From the NCBI GenBank assembly GCA_019058445.1, contig JAHPZA010000003.1, forward strand, positions 516,919 through 580,918: 64,000 nucleotides of DNA, written 5' to 3'. Both the position numbers and the translations under genes were made by a program. The notes beneath the pieces were generated by a model. That model ran no database searches. It was not told the DNA's origin and saw nothing but the letters and a program-made list of their open reading frames with translations. Below are positions 37,997-47,399 of the stretch, piece after piece. Source of the DNA: Promethearchaeota archaeon (GTDB taxonomy: Archaea; Asgardarchaeota; Lokiarchaeia; Sigyniarchaeales; SOKP01). The first letter of the stretch is position 1, and the number at the start of each line of letters is the position of its first letter.

Positions 37997-39106
37997 TCAA
38001 GACTTAAATATAGGAATAACTTCATTACTTAGGATTCGGGACACATCCCAATAAGTAAATGGAGCATTTTTACTAGAGGCTCCGTTTTGAATCTCTAAAA
38101 CAAAATACTGTGCGCCGATATCGACATATTTCTGAATTTTTTCAATAATTTCTTCTTTGGTTCCAAACATAATATTATTACGAACAACCTCATCAGGAAC
38201 GTGATCAATTATGATTGAGAGTTTATTTAAATCAAATTTACCTATATCCTCACGATCTACTTTTAATAGACTTATCTCCTCACATTTATAGCCTGTTGCT
38301 TCGCAGAATAAGTCATCAAAATCATCTTTCCAATATCCTAATTCCTTTATGACTAATGGCTGCATTACCATTGCCATTTTAACCCCTCTCACTTGCTCAT
38401 CGACTTTTTGCTCATCATCATTCATAAAAACTCGATTAAAAACGCCATATGTAAATTTAGAAGCATCTCGACCCTCTTTTTGTAAAACCTCGTTTATTTT
38501 ATCGATTCCAACTTTATAAAATTTAGTGGAAACTCCCAATGGAAGCCAACCATCAGCTACCTTTCCTGTCATTTCAATCGTTTTCGGACCATTTGATGCT
38601 ACCCAAATGGGGATCTCTGAGATTGGTTTCGGTAATAGCACTGCTTTTTTTGTTTGATAAAAATTACCTTTAAAAGTTATTCTCTTCCCTTTTTTCCAAA
38701 ATTGCTTCATTAATTGTATAGTTTCTAACATTTTCGAGAGGGCATGATCGAAGGGGATGTTGTAGGCTTTTAAGTTCATCCCTTCTCCTGCTCCTATTCC
38801 AAGAATAAATTTCCCTCCAGTGATATGATTAATTGTAGTCGCTATTTGAGCTAAAACTGCGGGATGCATTCGATGAGGATCAGTAACACACGATCCAAAT
38901 GTTTTTTCTTTCGAAATTTCTGAAAATGATCCAAACATCGGCCATAAGCTTAAAAAATCATCTATAGCTGCCCCTGGAATCCCACTTAAATGATCTGGCA
39001 GCCAAATAGAATCCCAATTCTCTTTATTTGCTTCAATAAATTTGTTCCGTATAAAACTATACGATTGAGAGTAAAACAATTGCGTACCAAATTTAATATC
39101 TACCAC
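37997..39106 (-). CDS. Luciferase-like (LLM) flavin/F420-dependent oxidoreductase
   Basis: GTG start. 'SIWLPDH', 'VTDPHRMHPAVLAQ', 'ILGIGAGE..N' and 'G.VADGW'. Confidence 0.85.
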   Translation of the reverse strand: MVDIKFGTQLFYSQSYSFIRNKFIEANKENWDSIWLPDHLSGIPGAAIDDFLSLWPMFGSFSEISKEKTFGSCVTDPHRMHPAVLAQIATTINHITGGKFILGIGAGEGMNLKAYNIPFDHALSKMLETIQLMKQFWKKGKRITFKGNFYQTKKAVLLPKPISEIPIWVASNGPKTIEMTGKVADGWLPLGVSTKFYKVGIDKINEVLQKEGRDASKFTYGVFNRVFMNDDEQKVDEQVRGVKMAMVMQPLVIKELGYWKDDFDDLFCEATGYKCEEISLLKVDREDIGKFDLNKLSIIIDHVPDEVVRNNIMFGTKEEIIEKIQKYVDIGAQYFVLEIQNGASSKNAPFTYWDVSRILSNEVIPIFKS

Positions 39107-39267
39107 TTTTCAAGTTCCCTTTTATGATAAAATTAAAAGATAAATATAATAAATTAAAGTAAATTTTAATTGTTCATCATTTTTCCTTACAAAATTTTAA
39201 AACACTATTTAATAAGCAGTATTCATTTTCATTTAATTAAATATAGTTCTCAATAGAGTTTAAAACA

Positions 39268-41559
39268 ATGAGCGATAAAAATTCTGACCCTAATAGTGAA
39301 AATATTAAGATTGTAAATACTGGGTGTTGTCATGACTGTGGAGGGCGCTGTGTGCTTAGGGCTCACGTGAAAAATGGAAAAATAATTCGATTTGAGACGG
39401 ATAATAGTGAAGAAACTACATTACGAGCTTGTGCACGAGGGAGAGCATACCGTCAACGAGTATATTCAGATTTACGTTTAAAATATCCATTACGCCGTAT
39501 TGGCGAACGTGGAGATGGTGAATTTGAACAAATATCTTGGGATGATGCACTTGACGAGGTTGCCTCAAAACTTATTGAAGTAAAAGAAAAATATGGGAAT
39601 GCTTCAATTCTTTTAATGGCAGGTAGTGGAAATCAAGGAATGCTTCATGGAATTGTCCCTGTAGCGCTAATGCTCCATCAATTCGGAGGGTATACACGAT
39701 TTTGGGGGGCACCATCCTACGAAGGAGCTCTTTTTGCTTCAATGGCTACCTATGGAACCATTAAGACTGGTAATGCTCGTGAAGATTTGCTTAACACTAA
39801 ATTAATTATCATGTGGGGGTGGAATCCTGCGAATTTGATTTGGGATCCAGAAACCCGTTTGATGCTTGCTAAAGCTCGTGAGAAAGACATTAAAATAATT
39901 GCTATTGATCCTATATACACCGATTCAGCTGCGATATTTGCTCATCAATGGATTCCAATTCGACCAGGTACTGATGCTGCAATGTTAATTGCCATGGCCT
40001 ATGTTATAATTACAGAAAATCTTCAAGATCAAGCATTCATAGACAAATATACCGTTGGTTTCGATAAATATAAGGAATATGTATTAGGTCTTGAAGATGG
40101 TTTACCAAAGACACCTGAATGGGCTGAAAAAATTACTAAAGTCCCAGCAGAAACAATAACGAATCTAGCTCGGGAATATGCAACTACTAAGCCAGCAGCA
40201 CTGATAGTTGGATGGGGGGCTGCCCGAACAGCAATGGGTGAACAATATTCGCGTGCTGGCAATGTTCTTACTGCCATAACGGGCAATATAGGAATTAAGG
40301 GAGGTTATGCAGCCGGATTTATGAGAGCATATTCAAGTCGGGAAACAATAATGTCGAGACAGAAAAAAAAGAAAAAAGAGGGATCTATCGTTGAGAAAGA
40401 GCAACCGTCAAAGCCAAGAGCTCAAGATAATCCCGTCGATTTTGGAGCTCCTCCACGTAAATATAGCTTATATAAACTTCGAGGAGGTACAAATCCCGCT
40501 AGCACTCGTGTTCATATCAATGATCTTTATAATTTAATTTTAAAAGGGTGCGATGGAGGATATCCCGCAGATATTAAGATGGCATATGTAGTGGCAACTA
40601 ATCGCTTAAATCAATATTGCAACACAAATAAAGGAGTTGAAGCTTTAAAAGCTCTTGATTTTATCGTAGTCCATGAACAATTTATGACCCCAACCGCTAA
40701 ATTTGCTGATATTATTCTACCTGTAAATACTTTTATGGAACGTAATGATGTTGCAGTTCCTTGGCTAGGTTCACCATATTATATCTATTTGAATAAGGCC
40801 ATAGACTCATTATTTGATACTAAATCAGATTTAGAAATTTGTCAAGAATTATGTAAAAGATTGGAGCTTCCTGGTGACCTTCTTAATTTACCTGAGGATC
40901 AAATTTTACGTCTTTTAACAGCTCCGAGAAGAGATATAAAAAGTTATAATAAAATGAAAAAAGATGGTTTCTATAAAGTTAAAGTTGCGGAGCCGTTTAT
41001 CGCCTTTAGAGAACAAATAGAAGACCCAGATAATCATCCGTTCCCTACATTATCAGGAAAAATTGAAATTTATTGCGAGCATATGGCGGAGTTGAATCAT
41101 CCCTTAATGCCTCCTATCCCCAAGTATTTTAGCCATAATGAGCATTATGATTCACCAAAAGCAGAAAATTATCCATTGCAGTTGCTTACACCGCATAATA
41201 AACGGCGAACACATTCCAGCTTGCATCATATGCCATGGTTAGAAGAAATCGAGCCTCATGCTGTCTGGATAAGCTCTGTTGATGCTTCCCAACGTGGAAT
41301 TAAAAATAGAGATCTTGTTGATGTGTATAATGATCGAGGAAGGATTCGTATTCCTGCAAAGGTGACTGAACGAATAATTCCTGGTGCTGTTTGTGTTTAT
41401 CAAGGTGCGTGGTTTAATCCTGATAAGGATGGTGTTGATATTGGAGGATGTGCAAATACTTTAACCAACGATAGTTATTCTCCCGGCGGTGCTCTCCCTA
41501 TGAACAGCGCTCTGGTTCAAGTAGAATTATCGCCTAAAACACAAATGGAGGAGTCGTAA
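39268..41559 (+). CDS. DMSO reductase family molybdopterin oxidoreductase, catalytic subunit (DmsA-like, no Tat signal)
   Basis: Fe-S motif 'CHDCGGRC...RACARG', 'RLKYPL', 'IRPGTD.A', 'TPTAKFADIILP' and 'RTHS'. Confidence 0.88.
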   Translation: MSDKNSDPNSENIKIVNTGCCHDCGGRCVLRAHVKNGKIIRFETDNSEETTLRACARGRAYRQRVYSDLRLKYPLRRIGERGDGEFEQISWDDALDEVASKLIEVKEKYGNASILLMAGSGNQGMLHGIVPVALMLHQFGGYTRFWGAPSYEGALFASMATYGTIKTGNAREDLLNTKLIIMWGWNPANLIWDPETRLMLAKAREKDIKIIAIDPIYTDSAAIFAHQWIPIRPGTDAAMLIAMAYVIITENLQDQAFIDKYTVGFDKYKEYVLGLEDGLPKTPEWAEKITKVPAETITNLAREYATTKPAALIVGWGAARTAMGEQYSRAGNVLTAITGNIGIKGGYAAGFMRAYSSRETIMSRQKKKKKEGSIVEKEQPSKPRAQDNPVDFGAPPRKYSLYKLRGGTNPASTRVHINDLYNLILKGCDGGYPADIKMAYVVATNRLNQYCNTNKGVEALKALDFIVVHEQFMTPTAKFADIILPVNTFMERNDVAVPWLGSPYYIYLNKAIDSLFDTKSDLEICQELCKRLELPGDLLNLPEDQILRLLTAPRRDIKSYNKMKKDGFYKVKVAEPFIAFREQIEDPDNHPFPTLSGKIEIYCEHMAELNHPLMPPIPKYFSHNEHYDSPKAENYPLQLLTPHNKRRTHSSLHHMPWLEEIEPHAVWISSVDASQRGIKNRDLVDVYNDRGRIRIPAKVTERIIPGAVCVYQGAWFNPDKDGVDIGGCANTLTNDSYSPGGALPMNSALVQVELSPKTQMEES

Positions 41560-42116
41560 TGAGGCAACTTGGATTTTATTTTGATCAATCCCGATGTATC
41601 GGGTGCTATACATGCTCTGTTGCTTGTAAAGATTGGCATGATATTGATGCAGAACCCGTTAATTGGAGACAAGTAAAAATTATTGAAAGAGGGACTTTTC
41701 CTACTCCATTTGTAGCATATTTATCAATCAGCTGTAATCATTGTGAAAATCCTCCGTGTATACGGGTTTGTCCTGAAAAAGCTATTTCTAAAAGAGATAC
41801 CGATGGAATTGTAGTGGTAGATCAGAAAAAATGTTTGGGCAATGAAGCTTGTGAAATGCATTGTCTTAAAGCATGCCCTTGGAACTGTCCGCAATTTAGC
41901 ATAGAGAGCAATGCAAAAATGCAAAAATGTAATTTCTGTGTTGACCGATTAGAGCAAGGTCAAAATCCAATCTGCGTTGAGGCATGTCCTATGTATGCGT
42001 TAGATTTTGGGCCATTGGATGAACTGATGGAAAAGTATGGAAATACTGTAGAAGCTGAAGGATTTGAATATAAAGATAAATTCAAGCCCTCTATCATATT
42101 CAAACCGAAAACATAA
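41559..42116 (+). CDS. 4Fe-4S dicluster subunit (DmsB-like)
   Basis: 'CIGCYTCSVAC', 'CNHCENPPC..VCP', 'C...C...C..ACP' and 'KCNFC..R...P.CV..CP'. TAATG overlap with the catalytic gene. Confidence 0.9.
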   Translation: MRQLGFYFDQSRCIGCYTCSVACKDWHDIDAEPVNWRQVKIIERGTFPTPFVAYLSISCNHCENPPCIRVCPEKAISKRDTDGIVVVDQKKCLGNEACEMHCLKACPWNCPQFSIESNAKMQKCNFCVDRLEQGQNPICVEACPMYALDFGPLDELMEKYGNTVEAEGFEYKDKFKPSIIFKPKT

Positions 42117-42176
42117 TGTAAATACATTATTTTTATAAATCCTAATAATAATGATTTTAAAGAAGAGTATTCATAA

Positions 42177-43547
42177 ATGGTCGAAAATTTAAAAGTTGTA
42201 AGAGAAAGAAACTTTAAATCCATATGGCGTCTATATTTTATGCTAGCTTATTGCCTAGGGATTTTACCTGTAAATATTGAAAACCTATTGATCTATCTAC
42301 CAGGAGCTACTCCATCTGGGATAGGATTGGCAGCAGCTAGTCGTTTAGCCGTTGGAATCGTTAGTGTTTTGGTCTTTGGATATTTTGGAGAAAAATTAGC
42401 TGAAAAATTTTCAAGAAGAAAAATTTTCCTATGCACAAATTTAGTATGGATTATTTCATATGGGCTGATTTCTATTTCAATAGACTTCAATTTCTATTTT
42501 ATTTTAGTAGTAATATCTGCCATTGGTGCCGGAGCTTTTGTACCGATTGGATTCTCAATTTTAGCAGACTCATTTGAACCAAAAGAAAGGGGAAGTAAGT
42601 ATGGTCTTATGTCATTTGGTATGATTATTGGTGGTGGAGCTGGAATTATATTTGGGGGTTTATTAGGAAATTATGCTGGACCTCTAGGTTGGCGACTTGC
42701 CTATGCCTTGGGAGGTATAATAGGAATTCTAGCCCTAATTAGTTATTATAATTCTGCAATAGATCCGGAGAGGGGTCGTATAGAACCAGAATTTAAAGAT
42801 TTTGAAGGTTCAATTAATTATAACTATAAAATCACTTATCATCAAGTTACTCAATTATTAAAGAAGAAATCAATATTAGGGTTATTTCTATATGTGTTAT
42901 GTGCTGGTATTGCAAATACTACTTTAGGTATCTGGGCTATTTTCTATATATCTACTAAAATTAATGATATCAATGCGGGATTATATGCCACTACTATTTA
43001 TATATTCGCAGGAATAGGTGCAATTCCGGGAACCATATTGGGGGGAAAATTTGGTGATTCCTTATATCATTCTGGAAAATTACGAGGGCGCGTCATAATC
43101 TCATCTATTGGTATAATAGTGGGGACATTATGTTTCTTAGGATTTTATTTAATCCCTTTTAAAATGGATACCCCTTTAGAAATCGCATTATCTTGGATAT
43201 TTTTTATAACAATTGGTTTTTTTGGATTTTTTCTTACGTCTCTCTGTAATGGAAATATCTTTGCAATATATTCAGAAGTTTGTGTTCCCGAGGCGAGAAG
43301 TACTGCCAATTCCTTGAACGGTTTGATGTCAAATTTAGGCGGAATTATTGGAAATTTACTTCTCTCAGCCTTGATCATTAACGATTTAGGGGTACTTCCT
43401 TTTGCAATAAGCTTGTTATTATATATTTGGTTATTATCATCAGTTCTATGGATTATCCCTTATATTTATTATCCGAAAGAATATAAAGAATGCCGAGAAT
43501 TAATGTCAAAAAGAAGATTTGAGATGGAGAATAATAAAAAATATTAA
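42177..43547 (+). CDS. MFS transporter
   Basis: About 12 TM segments, 'LADSFEPKERG' and 'VPEARSTA'. Confidence 0.85.
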   Translation: MVENLKVVRERNFKSIWRLYFMLAYCLGILPVNIENLLIYLPGATPSGIGLAAASRLAVGIVSVLVFGYFGEKLAEKFSRRKIFLCTNLVWIISYGLISISIDFNFYFILVVISAIGAGAFVPIGFSILADSFEPKERGSKYGLMSFGMIIGGGAGIIFGGLLGNYAGPLGWRLAYALGGIIGILALISYYNSAIDPERGRIEPEFKDFEGSINYNYKITYHQVTQLLKKKSILGLFLYVLCAGIANTTLGIWAIFYISTKINDINAGLYATTIYIFAGIGAIPGTILGGKFGDSLYHSGKLRGRVIISSIGIIVGTLCFLGFYLIPFKMDTPLEIALSWIFFITIGFFGFFLTSLCNGNIFAIYSEVCVPEARSTANSLNGLMSNLGGIIGNLLLSALIINDLGVLPFAISLLLYIWLLSSVLWIIPYIYYPKEYKECRELMSKRRFEMENNKKY

Positions 43548-44329
43548 TCTCCTTTATATTTACCTTGACGTTTCCTAAAAAAGGCTCTCACACCCTCTGC
43601 AAAATCTTTTGATCCTAATGTTAAGAGCAATTGATCCATATCCATATGCATGATGGCTCGATCTAGTGCGGAGCTAATATGATTTATGCTTTTTTTAATC
43701 ATTTGCGCTGGAATCGGTGGCATTGCTGCGTATTGTTTCGCGATTTCAATTGCCCGGTTGATTAATTGATCTTTAGGGACCACCTCACTCAAAAAACCCC
43801 ATTTTAAAAGAGTGCTTGCATCATTATTTTTACCTAAAATTACCATTTCTTTTGCATATGTTGGCCCAATTAAATGGACAACTGAGGGAAGTGAATTCCA
43901 ACTTAAGCTCATCCCCAATCTACTCTCTGGAAAGCCCGCATAACAATTTTCCTCTCCTATTCGAAAATCTAAAGCTAAAGCAATACATGCCCCTCCTCCA
44001 AAAGCGCCCCCATTTATGGCAGCGATTGTAATTTGCTCGATCTCTTGAAGTTTGTGAAACATACGTGGACCGATTTGCCTATCTCTTTGGCTTCCTAGTA
44101 AGGTTGTTTGAGGTTGATGCTCAGTCAAATCTACTCCTGCACAAAAGTGTTTACCTTCTCCTGTGAAAATTATCACGCGGGTTTCTAAATCCTCATGAAA
44201 TTCTTCAGTTACACGTTCAATTTCCCTCATTAATGCAGAATTAAGAGTGTTAAGATTCTCAGGACGATTTAACCTCACAATAGCTATATGGTCCTCCCGT
44301 TTTTCTATGATAAGATGTTCATATTTCAT
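43544..44329 (-). CDS. Enoyl-CoA hydratase/isomerase (crotonase) family
   Basis: 'LNRPE.LN', 'FCAGVDL', 'IAAINGGAFGGG' and 'FPESRLG'. Confidence 0.9.
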   Translation of the reverse strand: MKYEHLIIEKREDHIAIVRLNRPENLNTLNSALMREIERVTEEFHEDLETRVIIFTGEGKHFCAGVDLTEHQPQTTLLGSQRDRQIGPRMFHKLQEIEQITIAAINGGAFGGGACIALALDFRIGEENCYAGFPESRLGMSLSWNSLPSVVHLIGPTYAKEMVILGKNNDASTLLKWGFLSEVVPKDQLINRAIEIAKQYAAMPPIPAQMIKKSINHISSALDRAIMHMDMDQLLLTLGSKDFAEGVRAFFRKRQGKYKGD

Positions 44330-44486
44330 GTTTATTTCTCTTAATACAATTCTAAATTTTGAAATATAGAATATTCTCTACTATTTAAATCGCTAAGTTA
44401 TCAATTACTTAAGATTTTTTAGAATAAAATAAAAAAAAGAGGAAGTTAAAACTATTAAATCATCAATAGCTTAGATAATATCTTAT

Positions 44487-45176
44487 TTATTCTCCAGCAA
44501 TCATTTCTATAATAATCATAAAGATTCTTATAATTACGTTTATCATATCTAAAAAGATATCTATCACTGCGATCATCCAATATCCCTCTTCAATAGTATT
44601 GGGCAGCCTGCTTCCATCCCAGAGAATTACTGCGAAAAACCAAATCAATACAAGAATACTGGTAATTAATATATACGGATTATATCCAAAAATTAATATT
44701 AAAGACAATTCTATTCCAAAAAGCAAAATTCCAAACAAAACTAAAGGATAAATAAGCTTATGACTGATTTTTCCTCTAAAAAGTAAACCTAGAATCAATA
44801 ATCCAACCGTGACCCCAATTCCTATAAAGAACGCAGCAAAGAAAATACCCAATACCAAATCTATTCGGATTATCGTAGAAGCATAAATTAGCAATGTCGA
44901 ACTCAGTAATCCTGAGGTGATGCTGGCCCCAAAAAATGAAATCATTGAAAAAAGATTTTGCCTCTTAAAGGCAAGAATAATTGTTAAAATCCAAAAAAAT
45001 AAATAAAGTACTACAGAAATAATGATCACTGTAAATGTTAACGAAATGGCTGAAGCACCTAAGAAGCCACTAAATAATAGTGTAAAAACTGTCCATAGAA
45101 TAATACCTACTGTAAGTACCGGTAATGTCTTATACCAAAAATCATTTCCTAAAATTCTTTGACTCAAGATAATCAA
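44487..45176 (-). CDS. Bax inhibitor-1/YccA (TMBIM)-like membrane protein
   Basis: About 7 TM segments, Asp in 'ILWDG' and C-terminal 'IFLDMINVIIRI' resembling the TMBIM LxLDxINLF motif. Confidence 0.65.
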   Translation of the reverse strand: MIILSQRILGNDFWYKTLPVLTVGIILWTVFTLLFSGFLGASAISLTFTVIIISVVLYLFFWILTIILAFKRQNLFSMISFFGASITSGLLSSTLLIYASTIIRIDLVLGIFFAAFFIGIGVTVGLLILGLLFRGKISHKLIYPLVLFGILLFGIELSLILIFGYNPYILITSILVLIWFFAVILWDGSRLPNTIEEGYWMIAVIDIFLDMINVIIRIFMIIIEMIAGE

Positions 45177-45322
45177 CCAACTAAATTTTTATTTCGTTGA
45201 AATTCAATATTATGAAATATATGTAATTTTAGATATATAAATTTACAATTCGCAAGAAAAATTAAAAATTATAATAAATTTGCTTATTAAAATTACTTTA
45301 ATTTCTATAATAATCAAGAATT

Positions 45323-46141
45323 ATGAACAAACTCAAATTACCTAATGGAGAAGATATATTTTATATTGATGAGTTAACTGCGTTATATGTATATAATGAA
45401 ATTTTTGTTGAAAATGAATATTTAAGAAACGGTATAGCTGTTAAAGATGGGGATATTATCTTTGATGTGGGGGCTAATATCGGGCTTTTTACTCGATTTA
45501 TTGCCAACCAAGCCCAAAACTTGAAAATCCTTACTTTTGAACCCATTAATACTATTTTTGAGGTCCTAGAAGCCAATCTTGCAGGTCTCCCTCATGAGAT
45601 CAAAGATTATAACATTGGTTTGTCAGATAAGAACGAGAGTATTGAGTTTTTTTACTATCCTAAGGTAAGTGCAGATTCGACTGCCATTCCCTTCGATTGG
45701 GATTTGAAAGTGAATCAATATGTTAAAAACTATAAGGAAGCAGTATGTAAGGACATACCAATTGCCCGAATTGTGCCAAAATTTTTGCGAAAGCGCGTAG
45801 TGCGAGCAGGACTTAAAAAAATTTATGAAAGTGAAAAGGTATTATGTCAACTAAGACCACTAAATGAAATTATAAAAGAAAATAATTTAGAGCGAATTGA
45901 TTTGTTAAAAGTTGATGCAGAAAACTATGAACGACACGTTCTAGCGGGCATATCTGATAATGACTGGGATATCATTAGTCATATATCAATGGAAGTTCAT
46001 GAGCATATAAAGGGTGGGGAAAACTTGTTAAGTGAAATCATTGAATTATTAGAAAGTAAAGAATTTGAAGTTACTACAGGAGAAGAAAACCTTAGTACTA
46101 GATTAGGTGTTTATATGGTATATGCCATAAAAAAAAATTAA
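45323..46141 (+). CDS. FkbM family SAM-dependent methyltransferase
   Basis: 'FDVGANIG', 'FEP' and 'IDLLKVDAE..E'. Confidence 0.9.
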   Translation: MNKLKLPNGEDIFYIDELTALYVYNEIFVENEYLRNGIAVKDGDIIFDVGANIGLFTRFIANQAQNLKILTFEPINTIFEVLEANLAGLPHEIKDYNIGLSDKNESIEFFYYPKVSADSTAIPFDWDLKVNQYVKNYKEAVCKDIPIARIVPKFLRKRVVRAGLKKIYESEKVLCQLRPLNEIIKENNLERIDLLKVDAENYERHVLAGISDNDWDIISHISMEVHEHIKGGENLLSEIIELLESKEFEVTTGEENLSTRLGVYMVYAIKKN

Positions 46142-46190
46142 GTAATTAGGGAAAAAAATGAAAAAAATTGTTAAAATTCATAGTGGACAT

Positions 46191-47279
46191 TCATTTAACT
46201 AAATTTTCTTCCAGCATTTTTTTATTAACTTCTACTCCTAAACCTGGTTTATCTATTGCTGAAACCCAACCCTTTTCTGCTTTTATTGGTTCTTCAAGCA
46301 ATTGATATTCATCAGGAATAAATGGGAATTCGCACCAATCGCACCTTGTTGACATGACAAGGTGGAGGTTCGCAGCTAAAATATGGCCAAAGCCAAATAT
46401 ATGGGGTATGCAACGTACACCTTTCACTTCAGCCATTGCATCAATCTTTTTTAATTGTAAATATCCACCGCTTCTAGTTACATCGGGTTGGATAATATCA
46501 AAACTCTCTGTTGATAAAATATCCTCAAAGCGAAACATACCAAAATCATTTTCACCGCCAGCTATCTCAACCGGTGATTTTTCTCGAATCTTTGCAAGAC
46601 CTTTGAGATTATCTGTGGAAATGGGTTCTTCCAACCATGCAACTCTGTATTTATCGCAAATATTTGCGACTTTAAGAGCCTCACTAACGGAAGTATATCC
46701 TGAATTTGCGTCCACCATGATATCTATATCAGGAAATGCATCTCTCACGTTTTTTATTATTTCTTCGTCTTTTTTGGGACCATTTCCGATTCGAAGTTTA
46801 ACGGCCTCGAAACCACCTAGTTCGGGTTCTAATGCCGCTTGTACTGCTCCAACAGCCGCTTTTGCAGAATATCCTCTGGGCATTGATGCATATGCTTTAA
46901 TTTTGTTTTTCCTTCCTCCTATAAGTTTATAGATAGGTTGTTTCGTAGCTTTTCCAATAATATCCCAACATGCTATCATAATCGCAGACGTTGATTGGGG
47001 AATACCAAACAAAATGCGATTGGTATTTTGGTATAGTTCTTGGAAAATTTCTTCAATCATGAAGGGATCTTTTTTTATTACTAGTCTTTTTATAGCTTCA
47101 TCAATAAATTGTTTTTGTGCTAAATTACTTAAATTCCAGTGGGATAATGCCCAGCCATCTATGCCCTCATCAGTAATAATATTAGTATATAATCCGGTTG
47201 CTTTAAACCTCGGCATTGAACCGATTTTAATTTTAAAATCAAGCTCTAATAAATATGTCTTAACATCGGTTATTATCAT
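46191..47279 (-). CDS. Mandelate racemase/muconate lactonizing enzyme family (enolase superfamily)
   Basis: 'WDIIGK', 'KLR', metal ligands 'VDAN', 'LEEP' and 'GGEN', plus 'QPD' and 'PH'. Confidence 0.88.
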   Translation of the reverse strand: MIITDVKTYLLELDFKIKIGSMPRFKATGLYTNIITDEGIDGWALSHWNLSNLAQKQFIDEAIKRLVIKKDPFMIEEIFQELYQNTNRILFGIPQSTSAIMIACWDIIGKATKQPIYKLIGGRKNKIKAYASMPRGYSAKAAVGAVQAALEPELGGFEAVKLRIGNGPKKDEEIIKNVRDAFPDIDIMVDANSGYTSVSEALKVANICDKYRVAWLEEPISTDNLKGLAKIREKSPVEIAGGENDFGMFRFEDILSTESFDIIQPDVTRSGGYLQLKKIDAMAEVKGVRCIPHIFGFGHILAANLHLVMSTRCDWCEFPFIPDEYQLLEEPIKAEKGWVSAIDKPGLGVEVNKKMLEENLVK

Positions 47280-47399
47280 CGTAGTTCATTTTAAGATATT
47301 TTTATTATTAATTATGATTTTATAGTTAAACTTTTAGAATAAGGATTATTAATTTTTTTGTTCCTATTAAAATCAAATTACTATGTGATATGGTACCCA

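Noticed and set aside
37997-39106. LLM protein as a sulfoquinovose or alkanesulfonate monooxygenase (SmoC/SsuD)
   Set aside because: The motifs look like the F420-dependent reductase branch, no flavin reductase is adjacent, the context is anaerobic and the gene is about 18 kb from the sulfo cluster.
46354-46932. Long antisense ORFs (192 aa here; also 8393-8845, 57770-58255 and many of 60-115 aa)
   Set aside because: They lie wholly opposite or inside well-supported genes and have no recognisable motifs, so they are shadow ORFs.
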